The notes beneath the pieces are model-generated. The model saw only the letters and a list, made by a program, of their open reading frames with translations. It made no database searches and was not told the DNA's origin. Shown here in pieces: positions 57,114 through 64,000 of a DNA stretch of 64,000 nt. How positions within the stretch are numbered: the stretch's first letter is position 1; every line of letters begins with the position of its first letter. The DNA is from Candidatus Latescibacterota bacterium (GTDB lineage: Bacteria; Latescibacterota; UBA2968; UBA8231), in contig OZ242214.1 in the NCBI GenBank assembly GCA_965206595.1, forward strand, positions 5,824,001 through 5,888,000, in the 5' to 3' direction. A program made the translations under genes and the position numbers.

Positions 57114-58136
57114 ATGGCAACGGCGATTGCAACCCGCAAGGTCGGCTCGACGGAGGTCGCCGTCTCCGAATTCGGGCTCGGCACCGCTCCCCTCGGGGAC
57201 CTGTTCACGAAGCTGACCGAGGAGGAGGCGCAGGCCGTCCTGCAGGCGGCCTGGGACCGCGGCGTGCGCTACTACGACACCGCCCCGTTCTACGGGCATA
57301 CCAAGAGCGAGCACCGGGTGGGCTGGTTCCTGCGCCAGCAGGAGCGCGGCGAGTTCGTCCTCTCCACCAAGGTCGGCCGCATCTTCAAGGCGGTTTCGCC
57401 GGAGCGCTTCCGCCCGGAGTTCTGGAGCGCGCCGCTGCCGTTCGACCTCCACTTCGACTACAGCTACGACGGCATCATGCGCTCCTGGGAAGACAGCCTG
57501 CAGCGGATGGGGCTCGAGCGCGTCGACATGCTGCTGATCCACGATCTCGACATCTGGTTCAACCAGACCGAGCAGCGCGTCCACTACTGGCTGGGCCAGC
57601 TCTACACCAGCGGCTGGCGCGCCCTCGCCGAGCTCAGGGCGAGCGGCCGCATCGGGGCGATCGGCGCCGGCATCAACGAGAACGGCATGATCCGGCGTTT
57701 TCTCGAAACCGTACCCCTCGACTTCTTCATCGTGGCCCTGCCGTACACCCTGCTCGACCAGGAGGTGCTCGACGAGGAGTTCCCGCTCTGCGAGAAGCAC
57801 GGCGCCGGGGTCGTCATCGGCGCCCCGTTCGCCTCGGGCATCCTCGCGACCGGGCCGGTCGAGGGGGCGAACTACAAGTACGCCGCGGCTACCCCGGAGA
57901 TCCTCGACAAGACCCGTGCCATCGAGTCGGTCTGCACCTCGCACGGCGTGCCGCTGCGCGCCGCGGCCCTGCAGTTCCCGCTCGCCAATCCGCTCGTCGC
58001 CGCGATCATTCCCGGGGCCATCCGCCCGGAGCAGGTGACCTCCAACGTCGCCGACTACTGCCGCGACATACCCGCGGAGATGTGGGCGGAGCTGAAATCT
58101 TCCGGTCTCGTCCGCGAAGATGCCCCCACTTCCTGA
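57114..58136 (+). CDS. Aldo/keto reductase (D-threo-aldose/pyridoxal dehydrogenase-like)
   Basis: GLGTAPLG, YYDTAPFYG, LSTKVGR, FDYSYDG, LLIHD. Confidence 0.92.
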   Translation: MATAIATRKVGSTEVAVSEFGLGTAPLGDLFTKLTEEEAQAVLQAAWDRGVRYYDTAPFYGHTKSEHRVGWFLRQQERGEFVLSTKVGRIFKAVSPERFRPEFWSAPLPFDLHFDYSYDGIMRSWEDSLQRMGLERVDMLLIHDLDIWFNQTEQRVHYWLGQLYTSGWRALAELRASGRIGAIGAGINENGMIRRFLETVPLDFFIVALPYTLLDQEVLDEEFPLCEKHGAGVVIGAPFASGILATGPVEGANYKYAAATPEILDKTRAIESVCTSHGVPLRAAALQFPLANPLVAAIIPGAIRPEQVTSNVADYCRDIPAEMWAELKSSGLVREDAPTS

Positions 58137-58911
58137 CGCGCCGGCGGGCGCCGGGACGCCGCAGCTGCGGTCGCAACTCGAGTTCTACGAGACCAGCGGC
58201 TACCTCGTCGTCCCCGGGGCCCTGGACAGGGAGGAGGTCGCCGCTCTCAACGAGGCCGTCGACGCCGATCTCGAGGCCAATCCCACCCTGTGGCAGAACC
58301 GCGGCAACGCGCGCCTCACCGTGCACGCGCTGATGGCGCACCCGGTCATGGACGGAACCATGAGGCCGGCCCGCCTGCTGCCCCTGCTCGAGGCGATCAT
58401 GGGGCCGGAGCTGTGCGCCGAGGAGCACTCGGTCCGCATCCGCGTCCCCAACCCGGACGGCGAGCTGGAATGCCACTGGCACCGGGACGCGCAACGCCCC
58501 GACGCCGGCGTCCCCTTCCGGACCCGCTACCTGTCGGTGGTCTTCTATCTGTCCGACGTCGACGCCACCACCCACACGTTCAGCGTCATCCCCGGGTCGG
58601 GGCAGGGGGAGGAGCTGCCCCCGTTGGAGACGTACGACCTTGGCGCCGCCCATCACATCGAAGGGCCCGCCGGCACTGCGGTGTTGTTCAACACCGCGAC
58701 CATCCACGCCGGCAATGTGCGCCGCACCGACCGCGAGCGCCGCACCATACACATCTACTGCGGCCGCTCGAGCGACCGCCATCTGAGCAACTACACCATC
58801 TTTCCGGGGCGGCTGCTGTACGCCGAGGAGGAAGCGGTGCGGCGCTACTACGGCCGCCCCAACGCGATCACCCGCCTGGTGCAGGACCATTTCGCAGGAG
58901 GGAAGGCATGA
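58120..58911 (+). CDS. Phytanoyl-CoA dioxygenase (PhyH) family protein
   Basis: WHRD, VFYLSD, VIPGS, IHAG, R.TIH. Confidence 0.88.
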   Translation: MPPLPDAPAGAGTPQLRSQLEFYETSGYLVVPGALDREEVAALNEAVDADLEANPTLWQNRGNARLTVHALMAHPVMDGTMRPARLLPLLEAIMGPELCAEEHSVRIRVPNPDGELECHWHRDAQRPDAGVPFRTRYLSVVFYLSDVDATTHTFSVIPGSGQGEELPPLETYDLGAAHHIEGPAGTAVLFNTATIHAGNVRRTDRERRTIHIYCGRSSDRHLSNYTIFPGRLLYAEEEAVRRYYGRPNAITRLVQDHFAGGKA

Positions 58912-59687
58912 GACTGGAGAACCGGATTGCCATCGTCACCGGCGCCGCCGGCGGCATCGGCGCCGCGAGCGTGCGGCGCTTCGCGCAGGAAGGGGCGAAG
59001 GTGACCGCGGCCGACATCGACGGCGAGCGGCTCGAAAGGACGGTGGCCGCGGTGAACGCGGAGGTCCCCGGCTCGACCACCGCACGCGCCGCCGACGTCC
59101 GCAAGGCGGCCGAGGTCGAGGCCCTGGTCGCCTCCACGGTGGCGCAGCGCGGCCGCCTCGACATCGTCTTCAGCAACGCCGGCATAATGAGGGACGGCTC
59201 GGTCGTCGACCTGCCGGAAAGCGATTGGGACGAGATGTTCTCCGTCAACGTCAAGGGCACCTTCCTGCTCGGCAAGTACGGAGTGCCGGCCATGCGCGAG
59301 GGCGGGGGCGGGGCCTTCGTGATCACGGCCTCGGCCAACAGCTTCTACGCCGAGTCCGACATCGCCGGGTACTGCGCCACCAAGGGGGCGGTCATCCAGC
59401 TCACCCGCGCCATGGCGATCGATCACGGCCCCGAGAACATCCGCGTCAACTGCATCTGTCCCGGCTGGATCGAGACGCCGATGTCGCAGCCCTTCCTCGA
59501 CGAGAACCCGGAGGGCCGCAAGTTCGCCGGCAAAATCGCTCCCCTCGGCCGCATCGGGCAGCCGGAGGAGGTCGCCGAGGTCGCGGTATTCCTCGCCAGC
59601 GACGAGGCGCGCTTCGTCACCGCTTCCGCCTTCAACTGCGACGGCGGCTGGACCGCGGGGATGACCAAGGCGTTGGCCCTCATATAG
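58908..59687 (+). CDS. SDR family oxidoreductase
   Basis: ATGA overlap; TGAAGGIG, SNAG, YCATK, IRVNCICPG. Confidence 0.93.
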   Translation: MRLENRIAIVTGAAGGIGAASVRRFAQEGAKVTAADIDGERLERTVAAVNAEVPGSTTARAADVRKAAEVEALVASTVAQRGRLDIVFSNAGIMRDGSVVDLPESDWDEMFSVNVKGTFLLGKYGVPAMREGGGGAFVITASANSFYAESDIAGYCATKGAVIQLTRAMAIDHGPENIRVNCICPGWIETPMSQPFLDENPEGRKFAGKIAPLGRIGQPEEVAEVAVFLASDEARFVTASAFNCDGGWTAGMTKALALI

Positions 59688-59853
59688 TGCCTGCGCGCGC
59701 AATCCGCATGAATTCGGCGGACGCTGCATCCGGTGGGGTTTCATTGGCTCGCCGTACGTTCCGGGTCGCCGGGGCCTTGCGGGCCGGGTGCATCGGCGGC
59801 CGGGTTCCAACCATCCCTGTCCGTGACGGGACCGTAGTGCAGGAGGCTTCGCC

Positions 59854-60468
59854 ATCCGTTTCCTCAGACCGAACCTGCCGCAGCTGGTGATGGAGCGGCC
59901 TGCGTTCGCCGGGCTGCCGCCGGCCGAGGTCCCGGAAGGGTACTGCCTGCGGCACTTCCGCTCCGGCGACGAGGAGGACTGGAACTGCCTGATGGACGCC
60001 GCCTTCGAGCGCCCCCCCGGCACCACCGATTTCACCGAGTCGATGGCAACCGATCCGCTATACCTGCCGGAGCGCGTCAAGCTTGTGGCCAGCGACGAGG
60101 GGCGGATCGTCGCCACCGCCTCGGCCTGGAGGCACCGCTCCTTCGGGGCGCGCCGGGGGATGCTGCACTGGGTCGGCACCGATCCCGTTCACGCGGGGAA
60201 GAAGCTGGGAACCGCGGTCTCCATCGCCGCCATGGAACACTCGCGGGACGAGGGGCGCACCGCCATGGCCCTGCTGACCGACGATTACCGCATCGCGGCC
60301 CAGAAGACCTACCTGCGGCTCGGGTTCGAGCCCCGCTGCACCCACAAGAGCCACCCCGAACGCTGGAGGCGGATTCTGGCGGGCCTCTGCTGGCCGGAGA
60401 ACTTCGAACAGATACTTCAGGGACCGCTGGTGCGCCTCGACGACGAAGGGCAGGCAGGGGAAGGATGA
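59854..60468 (+). CDS. GNAT family N-acetyltransferase (ATC start inferred; first canonical start 59887)
   Basis: IVATASAW, LHWVGTDPVHAGKKLG, LLTDDYRIAAQKTYLRLGF. Confidence 0.82.
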   Translation: MRFLRPNLPQLVMERPAFAGLPPAEVPEGYCLRHFRSGDEEDWNCLMDAAFERPPGTTDFTESMATDPLYLPERVKLVASDEGRIVATASAWRHRSFGARRGMLHWVGTDPVHAGKKLGTAVSIAAMEHSRDEGRTAMALLTDDYRIAAQKTYLRLGFEPRCTHKSHPERWRRILAGLCWPENFEQILQGPLVRLDDEGQAGEG

Positions 60469-60681
60469 GACGCTGGATCCCGCGGGGACCCGATGCGGCG
60501 GCATTGGACCGGGCCCCAAACCGGCAGGCCATGGCAAACGAGTGTCAGGATCCATGAATCCCTGTTTTCGCCAACCGTACACCTCCGTCAGGCTCCCTCA
60601 AGCGCTTGGAGTACCGGGTGCCTCGGCGGGGGGATTAATGCAATCTGTTTCCGGGACAGGACAGTGAAAGGAGAAAGCGAG

Positions 60682-61782
60682 TTGACAGCCGAACTGGAGG
60701 ACCGCGGGTCGCAGATCCGCGTGACGTCGCTGACGGCCTACCCGATGGACCCGAAGGCCTACGTCAAGATCGAGACCAGCATGGGGGTGACCGGCTGGGG
60801 GGAGATCAACAACATGGAGTCCGAGGTGGCCTGCGCCCTGGCGCGGTCGCTGTCGGAAATCATCATCGGGGAGAACCCGACGCGGATGGAGCACCTGTGG
60901 CAGCGGATGTTCCGGGCGCACCGCAACATCCGCGGCGGCGGCCTGATGGTGCACACCATCTCGGGGATCGACATGGCGCTGTGGGACATCGCCGGCAAGC
61001 TCTACGGGGTGCCGGTCTACCGCCTTCTCGGGGGGCCGGTGCGCGACAAAATCTGGAAGTACCCCAGCTCCAAGGCGATCAAGGTGGGGCCGCCCGGGTC
61101 CCAGTACCACGCCGGGACGCCGGCGGAGGTCGACGTGCTCGTGCAGACGGTGCGGGAGGCGCGGGCGAAGGTCGGCCACGACGGCGCCGTGATGTTCGAC
61201 GCCCACAGCATGCTGCCGCCCCCGATCGTCAGGCAGTTCGCGGCGCAGCTCAGTCCTGACGACCTGCTGTTCCTCGAGGAGGCCTGGGTGCCGGGCAACA
61301 TCGAGGTGATGGCGAGGCTGCGGCAGTCGGTGCCGGTGCCGCTGGCTACCGGCGAGCGCGACCGCACCATCTGGGAGGTGCGCGAGATCCTCGAGGCGCA
61401 GGTGGTCGACATCCTGCAGCCGGACTGCGGCCACGGCGGCGGCATTAGCCAGATGCGCAAGGTCGCCGCCCTCGCCGAGGCCCACCACGTGCCGATCGCC
61501 CCCCACTGCACGATGTCCCACCTCGGCCTGACTGCGAGCCTGCAGGTGTCGGCCGCGGTGCCGCTGTTCCTGATCCACGAGGGGTACGAGGGGGTGCTGC
61601 CGGACGGCGTCGCCCACAAGCACTGGGAGATGGACGAGGCGGGGTACGTGTCGCTCCCCGAGGGTCCCGGTCTCGGGGTGGAGGTCGACGAGGCGAAGGT
61701 CGTCGAGCTGGCCTCGGACCGGTCGCGGAAGTTCCGCTGGCCCGACAGCCGCCTGCGCGACGGCTCGGTCGCCGACTATTAA
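60682..61782 (+). CDS. Mandelate racemase/muconate lactonizing enzyme family protein
   Basis: AAGGAG RBS with TTG start; SGIDMALWDIAGK, MFDAH, FLEE, ATGER, APHC. Confidence 0.92.
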   Translation: MTAELEDRGSQIRVTSLTAYPMDPKAYVKIETSMGVTGWGEINNMESEVACALARSLSEIIIGENPTRMEHLWQRMFRAHRNIRGGGLMVHTISGIDMALWDIAGKLYGVPVYRLLGGPVRDKIWKYPSSKAIKVGPPGSQYHAGTPAEVDVLVQTVREARAKVGHDGAVMFDAHSMLPPPIVRQFAAQLSPDDLLFLEEAWVPGNIEVMARLRQSVPVPLATGERDRTIWEVREILEAQVVDILQPDCGHGGGISQMRKVAALAEAHHVPIAPHCTMSHLGLTASLQVSAAVPLFLIHEGYEGVLPDGVAHKHWEMDEAGYVSLPEGPGLGVEVDEAKVVELASDRSRKFRWPDSRLRDGSVADY

Positions 61783-61878
61783 CCGTGTTTGTCGTCTGCC
61801 ATACGGCGGCGCCGCACAATCCGGGGTGCTCGCAGGGCTCCGGGTCCAACTGCTGATGCACTGGAGGGAGGAGCCGCC

Positions 61879-63231
61879 GTGAGCACCACGGATTCCGACA
61901 GCCTGTTCCACCGCGACCTCAACCAGGAGTACCCGGTCATGGTCCGCGGCGAGGGGATCTACCTCGTCGACGAGGAGGGCCGGCGCTACATGGACGGCAC
62001 CTCCGGGGCCGGAAACGTCATCCTCGGCCACGGCAACAAGCGCATCGCCGCGGCCATGGCGGAGCAGGCCGGGACTCTGGCGTACTGTTTCTCGGCTTTC
62101 CACACCAACCGGCCGGCGCGCGAGCTGTCGCAGCGGATCGCCGCTCTGGCCCCGGGGGACCTCGACTGCGTCTACTTCGTCAGCGGCGGCTCGGAGGGGA
62201 TCGAGACGGCGCTCAAGATCGCCCGCCAGTACCACCTGCAGCAGGGGAACAAGCAGAAGTACCGGGTGATCGCCCGCTGGCGCGGCTATCACGGAGCCAC
62301 CCTCGGGGCGCTGTCGGCCACCGGCATGCCGGCGCTGCGGGAGCCGTTCTCCCCGTGGCTGCTGCCGTTCCACCACATCGCCCCCTGCTATCCCTACCGC
62401 TGTTCCTTCGCCGGCTGCGACAGCCGCTGCAACTACAGCTGCGCCGGCGAGCTCGAGAAGGCCATCCTCCAGCTCGGGCCCGACAACGTCGCCGCCTTCG
62501 TCGGCGAGCCGGTGGTCCAGGGGGGCATCGCCGCCGGCGTCCCCCCGGAGGAGTACTACGGCATCGTGCGCGAGACCTGCGACAAGTACGGCGTGCTCTT
62601 CATCGCCGACGAGATCATCACCGGCTTCGGCCGCACCGGGAAGCCGTTCGCCATCGAGCACTGGGACGTGGTGCCGGACATGATCGTCTTCGGCAAGGCG
62701 GCGAGCGCCGGGTACTGCCCGTTGAGCGGGGTGATCATGCGCGGGAAGATCCGCGACAGCTTCCGCGGCAGCGGCGACAGCTTCGCCCACGTCTTCACCT
62801 ACGTCGACAACCCGGTCGCCATGCGCGTCGGCCTGACGGTGCAGGACATTCTGGAAGAGGAGCAGGTGATCGCCAATGCCGCGGCGACCGGCGCCTACCT
62901 GCACGAGCAGGCGCGGCAGCGGCTCGAGCGCCACCCCATTGTCGGGGAAATCCGCGGCAAGGGGATGCTGCTGGGGATCGAGCTGGTCAGGGACCGCGGC
63001 ACCCGCGAGCCGTTCCCGGCCTCGGATGGGGTTCACAAGCGGATTGTCAGGCTGATGTTCGAGCGCGGACTGTCGGCGTCCGGTACGGGTGGCGCCGCCG
63101 ACTGGAAGAACGGCGACGACATGCGCTTCTACCCGCCGCTGATCACCACCCCTGCCCAGATCGACGAGGCCCTGGGGATCATCGACGAGGCGCTCGGCCA
63201 GCTCGAGGGAGAGCTCGGTGTCGCAGGCTGA
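61879..63231 (+). CDS. Class III PLP-dependent aminotransferase
   Basis: SGGSEGIE, GYHGAT, FIADEIITGFGRTG, PDMIVFGK; GGAGG RBS with GTG start. Confidence 0.94.
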   Translation: MSTTDSDSLFHRDLNQEYPVMVRGEGIYLVDEEGRRYMDGTSGAGNVILGHGNKRIAAAMAEQAGTLAYCFSAFHTNRPARELSQRIAALAPGDLDCVYFVSGGSEGIETALKIARQYHLQQGNKQKYRVIARWRGYHGATLGALSATGMPALREPFSPWLLPFHHIAPCYPYRCSFAGCDSRCNYSCAGELEKAILQLGPDNVAAFVGEPVVQGGIAAGVPPEEYYGIVRETCDKYGVLFIADEIITGFGRTGKPFAIEHWDVVPDMIVFGKAASAGYCPLSGVIMRGKIRDSFRGSGDSFAHVFTYVDNPVAMRVGLTVQDILEEEQVIANAAATGAYLHEQARQRLERHPIVGEIRGKGMLLGIELVRDRGTREPFPASDGVHKRIVRLMFERGLSASGTGGAADWKNGDDMRFYPPLITTPAQIDEALGIIDEALGQLEGELGVAG

Positions 63232-63532
63232 AACCGCGGGGGCGCGGCGGCTCGGGAAGCTGCGGGAGAGCGAGTACGAGGCCGGACGGTCGTACGGCGA
63301 TTTCCTCGCGGAGCTGTTCGGGTATCTGGTGGTCGACCCGAAGAAGTTCCGGCGTGCCGCGAAGAAAGTGGCCCCGCTGTTGACCGAGGAAGAGCTTCGC
63401 GGTCTCGTGCGGATCGGGCGCGACCTGCCGGCGACGCCGGGGGATTTCGAGGACCGCCTCGAAGAGGTATGCGCCGGCAGGTCGGCCGAGGAGCGCCGCG
63501 AGCTGATGCGGTTGTGGCTCCGCTACCTGTAG
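63218..63532 (+). CDS. Hypothetical protein (104 aa)
   Basis: Overlaps aminotransferase end, GC3-biased codons, helical charged sequence; no family recognised. Confidence 0.55.
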   Translation: MSQAETAGARRLGKLRESEYEAGRSYGDFLAELFGYLVVDPKKFRRAAKKVAPLLTEEELRGLVRIGRDLPATPGDFEDRLEEVCAGRSAEERRELMRLWLRYL

Positions 63533-63610
63533 CAGGTTGTTCCGGTTTTTCCTGAACCGCCTGGGCCGGCTTGGGGAATCGGCTGAAGGCCGGGTGCGGG
63601 GTAGGGCTTG

Positions 63611-63916
63611 CTATCCCGTTTCCAGATGGGGCCGCACCTCCCGATCCAGACGGTCGGACAGTTCGTCCTCTGCTACATCGAGCTCATAGTCCATCTGAAT
63701 CCCCATCCAGAACTGGGACGACATGTTGAAGTAGCGTGCCAGTCGCAGGGCGGTATCGGCAGAAATGCCTCGTTTCCCCAGGACGATCTCGTTGATTCGC
63801 CGGGGAGGCACGCCGATGGCGAGCGCCAGGCGGTTTTGGCTGAGGTTCATCGGCTTGAGGAACTCTTCCAGCAAAATTTCTCCGGGATGAACGGGAGCCA
63901 ACTTCCGAGCAGGCAT
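63611..63916 (-). CDS. higA: HigA family addiction module antitoxin (Xre HTH)
   Basis: PVHPGEILLEEFL, RINEIV.GKRGISADTALRLARYF, FWMGIQ..YEL. Confidence 0.93.
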   Translation of the reverse strand: MPARKLAPVHPGEILLEEFLKPMNLSQNRLALAIGVPPRRINEIVLGKRGISADTALRLARYFNMSSQFWMGIQMDYELDVAEDELSDRLDREVRPHLETG

Positions 63917-63926
63917 TTCCTTCTCC

Positions 63927-64000
63927 TCAGTGGTAGTCCACGATCTCAACGTTGTAGGCATCGCCATTTCGCCACGTGAAACAGATGCGCCACTGGTCGT
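63927..64000 (-). CDS. higB: HigB (RelE/ParE family) toxin, C-terminal part (truncated by window)
   Basis: DQWRICFTWRNGDAYNVEIVDYH* directly upstream of higA. Confidence 0.9.
   Translation of the reverse strand, partial: DQWRICFTWRNGDAYNVEIVDYH

Noticed and set aside
60525-60580. c-di-GMP-I riboswitch, suggested by GGCAAAC
   Set aside because: Downstream GNRA-capped stem and GCAAAG consensus are absent

Overview
High-GC bacterial chromosome segment with about 55 intact CDS plus several gene remnants. I saw no rRNA, tRNA, CRISPR array, integrase or transposase. The background is sugar/acid catabolism: a CUT1 ABC transporter, 2 Gfo/Idh/MocA, 2 SDR, 2 aldo-keto reductases, 3 enolase-superfamily dehydratases, 2 PhyH dioxygenases, amidohydrolases, an HpcH aldolase, GH172 and a BNR sialidase-like protein. 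Housekeeping genes are polB, nfuA, moeA and acs. Three accessory blocks stand out. (1) 13.1-16.3 kb: a tandem array of three secreted CBM9/DOMON-like paralogs with homogenised ends, variable cores and a shared C-terminal SAVQSTSWARIKAS motif; the third copy is frameshifted. (2) 19.7-24.1 kb: a more AT-rich pair of secreted vWA proteins with T9SS/FlgD-like tails, abutting a decapitated ABC permease. (3) 31.7-43.4 kb: a Type I R-M island whose hsdM is frameshifted and has KPPF in place of NPPF. It carries TA, Schlafen/AlbA-HATPase and DUF6978-like/DUF1828 cargo, and is bracketed by an imperfect ~33-bp direct repeat coinciding with the RBS and start of hsdM and of the downstream sialidase gene. 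Other notable signals are an amidohydrolase-Rieske-flavin reductase operon resembling amidohydrolase-related dinuclear oxygenases, two genes whose best RBS points to ATA/ATC starts, and repeated deletion scars. Gene content suggests an FCB-group bacterium (Latescibacterota-like, possibly sponge-associated); this is inference only. All family calls come from motif recognition by eye, not database searches.
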